Below, piece after piece: positions 1 to 8,794 of a stretch of DNA of 64,000 nt (position 1 is its first letter; each line of letters begins with the position of its first letter). The stretch comes from a virus. A program made the position numbers and the translations under genes. The notes beneath the pieces are model-generated. The model saw only the letters and a list, made by a program, of their open reading frames with translations. It searched no databases and was not told where the DNA came from. The stretch is taken from IMG/VR virus record IMGVR_UViG_3300027763_000032, positions 57,011 through 121,010 of that record; one strand, 5' to 3'.

Positions 1-1
1 C

Positions 2-454
2 TTAGGTGCGGCTGATGCTGATCGCAACATTATCGGTTTTGGTAGTCAAGAGAATGATTACGAAGATAAAGAACTTAAGAAGTTCTTTGCTCCAGAGTTC
101 CGTAATCGTTTAGATGGTATTATTACATTCAGTAAGTTAAGCAAAGAAACAATGATCAAGATTGTTGGCAAGTTCCTAGTAGAACTTAAAGCACAGGTCA
201 ACGATAAGGGCATTACTGTTACTATTAGCAACGAAGCTATTGACTACTTGGTAGAAAAAGGCTTTGATAGCAAAATGGGTGCTAGACCTTTACAACGTGT
301 TATTGACAAAGACGTTAAGCGTCCATTGTCACGTGAGATGTTGTTTGGTAATCTAAAAGACGGTGGTGCTGTTGAAATTGACGTTAATGACTCTGGTATT
401 ATATTAAAAGTTAAACAGCATGTATCAGAAGAAAACTACCAAACTGTTCTTTAA
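2..454 (+). CDS. ClpA/ClpB-family AAA+ ATPase, C-terminal part (5' truncated by window edge)
   Basis: Frame open from base 2: FAPEFRNRLDGIITF, GFDSKMGARPLQRVI (GAR-x-L-x-R signature of the Clp D2-small domain). Confidence 0.9.
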   Translation, partial: LGAADADRNIIGFGSQENDYEDKELKKFFAPEFRNRLDGIITFSKLSKETMIKIVGKFLVELKAQVNDKGITVTISNEAIDYLVEKGFDSKMGARPLQRVIDKDVKRPLSREMLFGNLKDGGAVEIDVNDSGIILKVKQHVSEENYQTVL

Positions 455-1073
455 CAAGTACATCTATAAGGTAGCAGTTCGTACCCCGTTGTCTACACTG
501 TTTAGAGGTAAAAATCTACCAGTCACTAGACAACAGATCGAAGCATTATCTGAACGCTTTAGTAATGCAAGAGTAGCATCGACTAATATAACCAACGGCT
601 GGCGTACTAGGCAACAGGCTACATCAGCAGATGTCTTTATTGGTCTGATGCTATTAGATCAACTAGAGTCATTAAGTGATTTTACACTTAGAGTTGAAAA
701 TAGTACGTTAGGATTGTACTGCAATGATCAAGATTTTATTTCAAAAATCACTAATATTAACGATATTGATGTAGAAGAAATTGCAGAGCCAGAAACTGAC
801 GAGATTCGAGAGTATTTGTTATTGAATCCCAAGTCTATTATTCGCGGGGAATATACCCACAAGTATAAAGTAACTATTAATGCATTGTGGGAGTCTGCTG
901 ATAACTTTAAAGAATGGGCTATTAAACTACCTAAAATCAAGACTACTAACAACAGATACCGCTTTGGCGGGCACTTTTATGTAGCAGATGAGAAGACTTT
1001 AAGCCTTTGCCACATCTTTTTAGCTGATAAAATACGCAAAGTAGAACAGCTAGTCACTACAACGGAAATTTAA
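420..1073 (+). CDS. hypothetical protein
   Basis: 217-aa ORF overlapping the clp stop, coding-like composition, no motif recognised. Confidence 0.7.
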   Translation: MYQKKTTKLFFNKYIYKVAVRTPLSTLFRGKNLPVTRQQIEALSERFSNARVASTNITNGWRTRQQATSADVFIGLMLLDQLESLSDFTLRVENSTLGLYCNDQDFISKITNINDIDVEEIAEPETDEIREYLLLNPKSIIRGEYTHKYKVTINALWESADNFKEWAIKLPKIKTTNNRYRFGGHFYVADEKTLSLCHIFLADKIRKVEQLVTTTEI

Positions 1074-1090
1074 CCTAACTTCAAAATAGC

Positions 1091-1097
1091 ATAAATA
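1091..1097 (+). promoter_or_regulatory. late-type promoter core ATAAATA
   Basis: Intergenic, about 24 nt upstream of ATG 1121; resembles T4 late promoter TATAAATA and recurs upstream of other genes on both strands. Confidence 0.6.
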
Positions 1098-1120
1098 CTC
1101 TATAATAAGGTATTTGTGCT

Positions 1121-1465
1121 ATGAGAATGGATGAAGTTACAAACTCAGCGATCAATCTTGAAGAAGTAGACCTACACGACGATCTACACTTCTTCATGCA
1201 TAACGATCCTAATTTTTACCGCAAGGTGTTTTTTCCTATGATCAGTAAGGTCAAAGCACACATCAAAGCAGGTAATCGTTGTCACGACGGAGTTTTTCGT
1301 CCCTGTGTAGATAGAGCCGCAGAAGCTTACTGTAAAAAGTTTAATATTCCCGATAATGAAAAGTCAGTGTTTACTGATGTTGACCGCGACGAACTAGCCC
1401 GTAAGATTTTTGGGCAAGAGAAAGATCGCATTGAACAGGGTGACTATGATGGAGATGACAAATGA
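1121..1465 (+). CDS. hypothetical protein (first gene of late block)
   Basis: 114-aa ORF after late-type promoter. Confidence 0.75.
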   Translation: MRMDEVTNSAINLEEVDLHDDLHFFMHNDPNFYRKVFFPMISKVKAHIKAGNRCHDGVFRPCVDRAAEAYCKKFNIPDNEKSVFTDVDRDELARKIFGQEKDRIEQGDYDGDDK

Positions 1466-2223
1466 TTTTATTAGAAGGCGGAAATGTATTTGCCAACGCA
1501 ACTCCATTTGACCACAAAGATGTTCCTGCAATACTTAAAACTGTCAACGGAGCACTAGCCGGTACAGGTATTACTGCTATCCCCGTTGGTTCTGCGGCAA
1601 CTCCCAAGCCAGGTAAAACTAGCGGAGACATGGACGTTATTGTTGACGAACAGGCAGTACTAAACTACTTCAAAGCCAAAGATGCTAAGGCAGGCCGTAA
1701 GGCACTAAACGATTATATCAGCAGTAAAGGATTAGAAACTGCACAAAGCGGTATTAATGTACACGTAAATGTTCCAGTCGGTGGAGAGTTTCATCAAGTA
1801 GATGTTATGGTATCAGCTAATGCTGAGAAAGTATCTAAGTTTCACACACATGCTATTCCTGATAACAGTCCGTACAAGGGTGTTAACAAACAACTGATGA
1901 TGGCTATACTAGCCAAACAGAAAAACTACATGTGGTCTGCATGGCAAGGATTGTTTAGTCGTACACCAGAAGGTAAGAAAGGCGACCTAGTTGCCGACAA
2001 TTTAGATGATGTTGCTAAACACCTATTTGGACCAAATGGTAGTGCTAAAGATTTAGGTAGTGTAGAAAGTATACTTGCGGCTTTGCCAAAGCAAGAAGCA
2101 GATGCATTGTTAGCAAGAGCTAAAGAAGATGCCAACTGGAAAGAAGTGCCAGTCCGTCAAGAAAGTTATCGCATTGGAACTAACGAATGGTTCCGTCATA
2201 TGTTGGATAAGGTACAGCTATGA
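1462..2223 (+). CDS. Pol-beta-superfamily nucleotidyltransferase-like protein
   Basis: VGSAATPKPGKTSGDMDVIV fits hG[GS]x(9-13)DhD; third acidic residue in HQVDVMV. Confidence 0.7.
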   Translation: MILLEGGNVFANATPFDHKDVPAILKTVNGALAGTGITAIPVGSAATPKPGKTSGDMDVIVDEQAVLNYFKAKDAKAGRKALNDYISSKGLETAQSGINVHVNVPVGGEFHQVDVMVSANAEKVSKFHTHAIPDNSPYKGVNKQLMMAILAKQKNYMWSAWQGLFSRTPEGKKGDLVADNLDDVAKHLFGPNGSAKDLGSVESILAALPKQEADALLARAKEDANWKEVPVRQESYRIGTNEWFRHMLDKVQL

Positions 2224-3362
2224 GATTAAGACAACTGTTTAAAGAAGCAGAAGCACCTAAACAGTTAGGTCGCGCATTTAACCACCTAGAAGATCTAGTT
2301 TTCTTTCATGGTACTAAAGGCACACTTGAAGCACTAAGTCATATTAAAGACTTTGCTAGTCAAGAAGGAGCCAATAGTATTCGCATGAAGTGGGACGGCA
2401 ATCCACAAATATATTGGGGTCGTGCAGAAGCCAACGGTCCTTTAATACTTGCAGGACATAATGGCTGGAGCAAAGGTGCTGTAACAGATAGTCCAGAAGC
2501 GGTACAAGATTTTATTGCCAACAAGTCGGGAAGTCCCAAGACTCCTGAAGAGAAAGAAGCAAGAGATAAATTTGCCAGCGAGTTTGCTAGTCTGTATCCC
2601 CTGTTTGACAAAGCTACTCCACGAGACTTTGTAGGCTTTGTGTATGCAGATGGTTTGTTCTTACAACAACCTCCAGCAGATAAAGAAGGCGTATATAACT
2701 TTTGTCCCAATAATAAAAGTCAAACGTGTTATCATGTAAGATCCAATAGCGGATTGGGTAAGCGTATTGCTAATGCACAAGTAATGGTAGTGGGACATGC
2801 GTTCTTTCCAGAGTTTGGTATGCCAGATGCTAGTCAAAAGCCTATCAGTGACTTCAGTCAGTTCAATAGTAATCCACAGTTAATTGTTCTTGGCCCAATA
2901 TACAACAGCAAGCCTGTTAAAATTGATACTACAGCAGTCGATGCCATTGAGCAGTTTGCACAGGCGCACGGTGGTCAAATGGATGGATTCCTACAAGGGC
3001 TTCCGGGACTAAGCGACCTAAAAAATATTATCTACACTTATGTAAATCAAACTGCCAAAGCAAAACAGTTAGACAGTCTAAGCCCAAAACATTTTACAGA
3101 TTGGTTAGCTGTATCAAAGACTAGTCCAGGAAAACAACAAAAGATTAATGATCTAGTTGCGGCAAATCCTACTGCACTGGCAACTATCTTTACATTGGTA
3201 AAAAGAATACAGGCAATGAAAGACGACATCATTGATCAAATTGAAGGCGAACAGGGTGAGATATGGGACACAAATGGCGAAGGTCGTGTTCGATATGCAG
3301 ATCAAAATAAACAGCTAGGTCACGTTAAACTTGTACCTCGCAAGCGTTGGACGCCGACCTAA
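2220..3362 (+). CDS. ATP-dependent ligase/RNA-ligase-fold protein (DUF6267-like)
   Basis: MKWDGNP (KxDG motif I), YADGLF (motif III-like), GEGRV (EGxV motif IV), VKLV (motif V-like); N-terminus MRLRQLFKE. Confidence 0.6.
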   Translation: MRLRQLFKEAEAPKQLGRAFNHLEDLVFFHGTKGTLEALSHIKDFASQEGANSIRMKWDGNPQIYWGRAEANGPLILAGHNGWSKGAVTDSPEAVQDFIANKSGSPKTPEEKEARDKFASEFASLYPLFDKATPRDFVGFVYADGLFLQQPPADKEGVYNFCPNNKSQTCYHVRSNSGLGKRIANAQVMVVGHAFFPEFGMPDASQKPISDFSQFNSNPQLIVLGPIYNSKPVKIDTTAVDAIEQFAQAHGGQMDGFLQGLPGLSDLKNIIYTYVNQTAKAKQLDSLSPKHFTDWLAVSKTSPGKQQKINDLVAANPTALATIFTLVKRIQAMKDDIIDQIEGEQGEIWDTNGEGRVRYADQNKQLGHVKLVPRKRWTPT

Positions 3363-3371
3363 GGACTTATT

Positions 3372-4643
3372 ATGAAACTAAGACAGCTATTTGAAGGACT
3401 AGGACAAGAAGTTGCCATTATATTTGGTCGCTTTAATCCCCCGCACAAGGGACATAGAGCCGCATGGGAACTTGCCGCTAAGAGTCCCGTTTGGTATGTA
3501 GGCACAAACGAAAGCACAGTAGGTCCAAAGGATCCATTACCATATGGTATTAAAGTAGAAGCAATGACTGCCATATGGCCAGAAGTTGAAGGACATATTA
3601 TTGCAGAAACAAGTTGGCTAACACTAGCTAGTCTAGTATACGAAAAGCACGGTGATGTTACACTACTATGCCTAACTGATGAAGATTGGGTTACTAAAAC
3701 TATTGTACAGTACAATGGTAAAGAAGGTGCCCACGGTTTCTATAATTTTAAAACTATTAAACAAAAACCAACACCACGTTTAAGTTCAGCTACTGCCCTA
3801 CGTGATGCAGTTTCTAAAGGTGATCGTGAAGCCTTTGCCACTGCCGCAGGTGTAGATGCTGATACGCCTGTTGCTGGTAAACCGTTCTTTGATCTAGTAG
3901 CAGAATACCTGCTACCATACTCTAATGCACCTGTAAAGAAAACTGCAAAGAAAAAAGTTGCGGCTCCTGTGGAAGGCATAGATGAAGGCTGGAAGGATTT
4001 GGCAATAGGTGGAGCAATGGCTTTGGGCGCTCTAGGTGCAGGACACTCTCAGGCAGCAGACTTGAGTCATTTTAACACACAATATCTACAACAAGTGGTC
4101 AAAGGAGAACATCCTCGTCCAATGGTTAGCATTGATGATGCTAAACAAGAATTACAGGATAGAGCAAACGGTAAGAAACAAGCTACAGCTCCTGCTAGAA
4201 TTGATTTACCGAGCGGATCGAATGGTTTTAGTAAAGAATATCTACAAAAGGCGGCGGACCCAGATCGATTTGGTAGATACATGATTAGCGTAGAAAAGGC
4301 GCAAGAACTATTGAATAAAATAAACAAAGGTACGACAGAAGGTATTATGAGTTTTTTAAAAAGCGAGCCTCCTAAAAAGAAATGGAATCCTGCTAAAGAT
4401 TCAATAGTAGTTAGTAACAAAAAAGACGACGAAGCATGGATCAAACTTTTATTAGATAAACATCGTAGAGGTATCGAACTTACAGATCGTGAATGGAATT
4501 CAATCCAGCAATGGAAACTAAAACGTAATATGAAAGGTGAGGATGCGGCAGGTGTAGGTATTATTACTAAACAGAATTCAACTGTGGATGTAAACAAAGG
4601 TACGCCCCGTAAAAATCTCAAAGCATTTAGACTAGTAAAATGA
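3372..4643 (+). CDS. HIGH-motif (cytidylyltransferase/NMNAT-like) nucleotidyltransferase fused to C-terminal accessory modules
   Basis: IIFGRFNPPHKGH (HxGH), KDPLPY, SSATALR; N-terminus MKLRQLFE. Confidence 0.8.
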   Translation: MKLRQLFEGLGQEVAIIFGRFNPPHKGHRAAWELAAKSPVWYVGTNESTVGPKDPLPYGIKVEAMTAIWPEVEGHIIAETSWLTLASLVYEKHGDVTLLCLTDEDWVTKTIVQYNGKEGAHGFYNFKTIKQKPTPRLSSATALRDAVSKGDREAFATAAGVDADTPVAGKPFFDLVAEYLLPYSNAPVKKTAKKKVAAPVEGIDEGWKDLAIGGAMALGALGAGHSQAADLSHFNTQYLQQVVKGEHPRPMVSIDDAKQELQDRANGKKQATAPARIDLPSGSNGFSKEYLQKAADPDRFGRYMISVEKAQELLNKINKGTTEGIMSFLKSEPPKKKWNPAKDSIVVSNKKDDEAWIKLLLDKHRRGIELTDREWNSIQQWKLKRNMKGEDAAGVGIITKQNSTVDVNKGTPRKNLKAFRLVK

Positions 4644-4927
4644 AACAATATAAGATAACAAGTCAAGACTTAAATCAGGATAGCCCTGATGATTGTTATC
4701 TTGCGCCTGATGATCCTGTACACGAACTAAAAATATTATCAGGCATGGGCGGACTAGGTGCCGAAGCTAGACTACATGAGTATCGTGCTAATCAAGGCAG
4801 TAACATTAGTGTTACCGGCAACAGTAAGGGCGAGCTAATGAAGAAGCATAACATACAGCCAGGAACTCAAGAATGGTTTAAGCTATGGTTTAGTCTGCCT
4901 TATCTCACAGGGGAGCCACCTGTATGA
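4640..4927 (+). CDS. hypothetical protein
   Basis: 95-aa ORF with ATGA overlaps at both ends. Confidence 0.75.
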   Translation: MKQYKITSQDLNQDSPDDCYLAPDDPVHELKILSGMGGLGAEARLHEYRANQGSNISVTGNSKGELMKKHNIQPGTQEWFKLWFSLPYLTGEPPV

Positions 4928-5058
4928 GATTACGCGAACTGTTTGAACATAAAAAAGGCATTCGTGCCAAAAAATATAACAAAAAACCTAAGAAGTTTAT
5001 TGAACCTATTAAACCTAAAAAAGCGGAGTCGCCGCAAACTACTAAGGAACCATCATGA
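4924..5058 (+). CDS. small basic protein, 44 aa (absent from ORF track)
   Basis: MRLRELFEHKKGIRAKKYNKKPKKFIEPIKPKKAESPQTTKEPS*; ATGA coupling on both sides; same N-terminal motif as neighbours. Confidence 0.7.
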   Translation: MRLRELFEHKKGIRAKKYNKKPKKFIEPIKPKKAESPQTTKEPS

Positions 5059-5387
5059 AAATACGTGAACTATTAGAAGCAAAAACTAAAAAAGCCGAAG
5101 CACCTAAGCCTCGTAACTTTGTAGCTAAAAATGCTATTAATACAGGCGCTGGCGCACACAAAGACAAAAAGAAAGCCGCAAAGCAAGGTGATGCTAAACA
5201 CAAGAATAAAGACTATGAAATGGCTGAATCTGCTAGTGCAGGTGCAACTAGTGCGGCTAACGTAGGAGTTGGTCCAGTATACCCTAACAAAACAGGTAAA
5301 ACTAATAAGAATAAAGACGGTACAACAAAAAATGCGCTGGATGTTAAGGGCACTAACTTACTCACCGGTGGCAGCTTAAAACGCTAA
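5055..5387 (+). CDS. basic, probable head-internal protein
   Basis: MKIRELLE start, Lys/Ala-rich, internal AESASAGATS module. Confidence 0.65.
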   Translation: MKIRELLEAKTKKAEAPKPRNFVAKNAINTGAGAHKDKKKAAKQGDAKHKNKDYEMAESASAGATSAANVGVGPVYPNKTGKTNKNKDGTTKNALDVKGTNLLTGGSLKR

Positions 5388-5413
5388 ATATATAAAGATA
5401 ACGGAGTTACCTC

Positions 5414-6472
5414 ATGCAACCACAAGTACAAATGCAAGGACCAGATGACGAAGGCGGAATGGCCCGTGCTGACCTATATAGAGCTGCCAAGCACTCTATG
5501 AAACTGTTTCAAATGATTCAGAATAACCAACAGTTAGAAGGTTGGGTACAAGCAAAGATTACTAAAGCGGCAGATTACTTAGACAGTATCTACCACTATA
5601 TGGAATATCAAGTAAAGTTTGGACAAGGCGCTGTTGCGTCAAGTGTTGATGACATTACTGGAGATATGGAAACTGCCGCTCGTGCCGCAGAAGAAGCCGA
5701 TGACGAAAAAACTGATATGGAAGAATCTATGAACTACGAACAAAAACTACAGGCACTATTAGAAAGTGCCGTTAAGAAAGCCAAGAAAGATTATGATGGC
5801 GATGGCAAAGTTGAAACAAACAAAGATGAAGTTTGGGGATCACGTGCCAAGGCTGCGGCAAAAGCAGGCAAGCCATTCAAAGAAGGTTTCCCAACTGTCG
5901 ATGATGCAAAGAAAAATGCACAGGGTACAGCAGGCATGAAGCCAGGCGAAAAGAAAAAGTCTAGCACTGGTGGTACTATTGAAAAGACAGCAACAGGTAT
6001 CAAACATACTGCTGGTAAGAACTACAGCGGCAAAGGTGCTGAAGCTGATAAGAAAGTCAAAGAAGAAAAGTTTGATCCATTAAAGCACGTTAAGAATCCT
6101 ACTCCAGGTGAGAAGAAAGCCGCTAAAGATGTCAAGCGCGGTAGCTATGCAGATCGTGCGGCAATGTTAAAGTCAGCTGAAAGAGACGGACGTTTAAAAG
6201 AAGCTGATGCTAAATGTAATCACACTGAAAAGGGCGAGAAGTGTCCAGTACACGGTCTAAAAGAATGTGGTAGTACAATGGCATACGAAGCGGCAAAACC
6301 AAGTGCAGGCATGAGTAAAGGTGCTAAGTCAGCATTAGTTAAAAAAGCTAAAGCTGGCGGTGACGTTGGCAAGCCAGGCAAGAGTTTTGACAAAGTAGCC
6401 AAGTCAGCAGGTGGTGGTGAGAAAGGCAAACGTATTGCCGCTGCCGCTATGTGGAAGAACGCTGCCAAATAA
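5414..6472 (+). CDS. modular Lys/Glu-rich protein, probable prohead core/internal protein
   Basis: CTAAATA motif at 5384-5390 and GGAG SD upstream; modules separated by xxE sites; CNH..CPVHGLKEC Zn-like motif. Confidence 0.6.
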   Translation: MQPQVQMQGPDDEGGMARADLYRAAKHSMKLFQMIQNNQQLEGWVQAKITKAADYLDSIYHYMEYQVKFGQGAVASSVDDITGDMETAARAAEEADDEKTDMEESMNYEQKLQALLESAVKKAKKDYDGDGKVETNKDEVWGSRAKAAAKAGKPFKEGFPTVDDAKKNAQGTAGMKPGEKKKSSTGGTIEKTATGIKHTAGKNYSGKGAEADKKVKEEKFDPLKHVKNPTPGEKKAAKDVKRGSYADRAAMLKSAERDGRLKEADAKCNHTEKGEKCPVHGLKECGSTMAYEAAKPSAGMSKGAKSALVKKAKAGGDVGKPGKSFDKVAKSAGGGEKGKRIAAAAMWKNAAK

Positions 6473-6485
6473 GGAATAGACAAAA

Positions 6486-7574
6486 ATGGATATGAAGAAA
6501 ATATTACAAGCCTTTGACGGGGCAACTACAAAGAAGCCTGTTCAAGGTGCTAATGATATGAAGAAGTTTGTATCTATTGTTCGAGAAAGTACGAATCCTT
6601 ACACACCTGCACAAGAATCTGTTATTACAAGTTTTGAAGAAGGTTCAGTAGGCGGTGATGCTAATGCATTTTTATTGGCTGCGGATACTATTCAAGACGA
6701 AGTAATGGCACAGGTCAACAAGATTAAAATCAACGCAGACGAAGCTAGTCTACGTGACATGATGGAAAAGTTTAATGCTTTCATGACTGCTTACCACAAC
6801 GTCGGTAAAGGCATTCTACAACCAGACATGTTTAATGACAGCATGGGAGAAAGCGCAGAAGAACAAGTTGATGAAGCAGGTTCATATCGTCGTCCAGGTA
6901 GCTCATCTGCATACGATAGAGATTATGCATCAAGTGTAAGCGGCATGGGCAAGAAGGATTCATTAGCCTATCAACAAGACGGCGGAGCCAACGACGAAGG
7001 TTGGGGTAAAGAGCCGTATCAAGCACCACAAGACAAACCTAAAATGACCGGCATGTTCTTTTATAATGTGCAACCTGGACAAGAACAAGAGGCGGCCAGC
7101 TTGGGCGTTAAGAAAACCAAGAGCGGTAAATGGGCAAAGACCAAGTATAATACAAGTGGTCGATCATTTAATATGCAAAAAGATCTAGCTGACAAAGCAT
7201 TTGGTGTTGGCAAGTGGTGGGCTCCTAAAAACGAAAGCATTGAAGAAGGTACAGAAAATCGTTGTATGCAATGCGGTATGACAAGTTGCAAGTGTCCAGG
7301 TGATAGTTGCAAGTGTAAACCTATTGCAGGATGGGTACCAGGCAAGGGTTTTAAGAAAGCCATGGAAGAAGCTAAAGAAAAAACAATGAGTCGTGCGGCT
7401 AAAGGCAACGAAAAGTATGGCAAGGACGGAATGAAAGAGCTTGCTAAAGCAGGTCGTGAAGGTGCTAGCGAAGAACAGTTAGATAAAATCCGTGACAAGC
7501 ATGACAAATATAGCGAAGGCCTAAGTTTTAAAGATTATGTAAACTTAGCAGAAGCTAAGAAAGGTCTAGAATAA
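6486..7574 (+). CDS. modular Lys/Glu-rich protein, probable internal head protein
   Basis: AAGGA SD; modules after DE/EE sites; CMQCGMTSCKCPGDSCKC cysteine cluster. Confidence 0.6.
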   Translation: MDMKKILQAFDGATTKKPVQGANDMKKFVSIVRESTNPYTPAQESVITSFEEGSVGGDANAFLLAADTIQDEVMAQVNKIKINADEASLRDMMEKFNAFMTAYHNVGKGILQPDMFNDSMGESAEEQVDEAGSYRRPGSSSAYDRDYASSVSGMGKKDSLAYQQDGGANDEGWGKEPYQAPQDKPKMTGMFFYNVQPGQEQEAASLGVKKTKSGKWAKTKYNTSGRSFNMQKDLADKAFGVGKWWAPKNESIEEGTENRCMQCGMTSCKCPGDSCKCKPIAGWVPGKGFKKAMEEAKEKTMSRAAKGNEKYGKDGMKELAKAGREGASEEQLDKIRDKHDKYSEGLSFKDYVNLAEAKKGLE

Positions 7575-7963
7575 TGAGACTATTAGCATTAGTATTAGCA
7601 GTTGCTTTAACTGGCTGTGCAAGTGTTAAAGATATGATTCCTAGTTTTCAGGATCCTAATCAGTCAGCTAAAATTATTGATGTGCGTCAAAGTGTAGCAC
7701 AGTTAGATTGCAAACAACCACACGCACCGCAAGTTAAACAGATTAAAGATAACCTACAATGGTTTGAACTATATAGTACTAGCAAAGGTTCTAGACAAAA
7801 CGATGTATTACGTTTAATCAAGCCAATGCAAGAGACTGTAGATGATTTTTACAAGCGCAGTACAAGCGAAAAGCAAGGCAGTGATGCATATTGCGAGATT
7901 AAGAAAAAGTTAATGTCTACACAAGCTGAACGTGCGGCTAGTGCAGTACTAGGGAGATTCTAA
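7574..7963 (+). CDS. lipoprotein
   Basis: MRLLALVLAVALTG-C signal peptide II with lipobox. Confidence 0.75.
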   Translation: MRLLALVLAVALTGCASVKDMIPSFQDPNQSAKIIDVRQSVAQLDCKQPHAPQVKQIKDNLQWFELYSTSKGSRQNDVLRLIKPMQETVDDFYKRSTSEKQGSDAYCEIKKKLMSTQAERAASAVLGRF

Positions 7964-8196
7964 TGAACGAACTTATTCAATGTATTAACTCAGGTAAAGG
8001 TTGGGCCGCTGAACGTGCTAACACAGCATATCAGATTGGTCAAGCACTACAAGCTGGACAGATTAATCCAAGCGAAGCAAAAGAATTATTAGAGGACCTA
8101 GTTAGAACAGATAGATTAGATGCTGAAGCAGACGATATGGCTCTTAAGGCCATGTTAGTAACAGGCATCTATGCAGTAATACAAATATGTGGATAA
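7963..8196 (+). CDS. small hypothetical protein
   Basis: 77-aa ORF coupled by TAATG overlap. Confidence 0.7.
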   Translation: MNELIQCINSGKGWAAERANTAYQIGQALQAGQINPSEAKELLEDLVRTDRLDAEADDMALKAMLVTGIYAVIQICG

Positions 8197-8632
8197 TATG
8201 GAACAGTTAATCAACGCATTAAAAATAGCATTTGCTAGCGAATATGCATTTGCACTAAAGGCACAAAACTTTCATTGGAATACAGAGGGTGCAGACTTCT
8301 ACGAATTTCACTTGTTGTTTGAAACAATATATGACGAAGTATACGGAAGCATAGATGCATTCGCAGAAAATATTCGTAAGAGCGGAGGTTATACTCCGGC
8401 AAGTCTAGCTAAGTTTAGTATGCTAACTGTAGTTGAAGATGAAAATGCTGTTCCAGATGCTAGAGCCATGACTGCTGAACTATTAGCAGACAGCGATAAA
8501 TTAGCACAGATGATGGCAATGGTTTACAAGATGGCTGATGCGGCCGGAGAATACGGGCTAAGTAATTTTCTTGCAGAGCGTCAAGATGCACATCGCAAGC
8601 ACAGTTGGTTTTTACGTTCTACACTAAAATGA
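8189..8632 (+). CDS. dps: Dps-family ferritin-like DNA protection protein
   Basis: NFHWNTEGADFYEFHLLFE..YD...DAFAENIR ferroxidase residues; C-terminal HRKHSWFLRS. Confidence 0.92.
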   Translation: MDNMEQLINALKIAFASEYAFALKAQNFHWNTEGADFYEFHLLFETIYDEVYGSIDAFAENIRKSGGYTPASLAKFSMLTVVEDENAVPDARAMTAELLADSDKLAQMMAMVYKMADAAGEYGLSNFLAERQDAHRKHSWFLRSTLK

Positions 8633-8706
8633 ACCCAGATCAATATCCAGTATACCCAGAAGATGATGGCTATGACCGTTTCCGCAATCCTTACAGCCCT
8701 GTTTGA
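8629..8706 (+). CDS. 25-aa microprotein (absent from ORF track)
   Basis: MNPDQYPVYPEDDGYDRFRNPYSPV*; ATG overlaps the dps stop. Confidence 0.45.
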   Translation: MNPDQYPVYPEDDGYDRFRNPYSPV

Positions 8707-8710
8707 CAAT

Positions 8711-8794
8711 ATGATTGAAGGACTTGCTCGCTTTGGTTGGGGCATGGTCGGAGTAGCGTATCCTATTATAGAAAATGATTATGAGAGCAAATGA
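8711..8794 (+). CDS. 27-aa microprotein (absent from ORF track)
   Basis: MIEGLARFGWGMVGVAYPIIENDYESK*; fills the gap to the next gene; no clear SD. Confidence 0.3.
   Translation: MIEGLARFGWGMVGVAYPIIENDYESK

Noticed and set aside
7574-7963. Lipoprotein as an o-spanin
   Set aside because: No adjacent or embedding i-spanin, holin or endolysin and not Pro-rich; function left open
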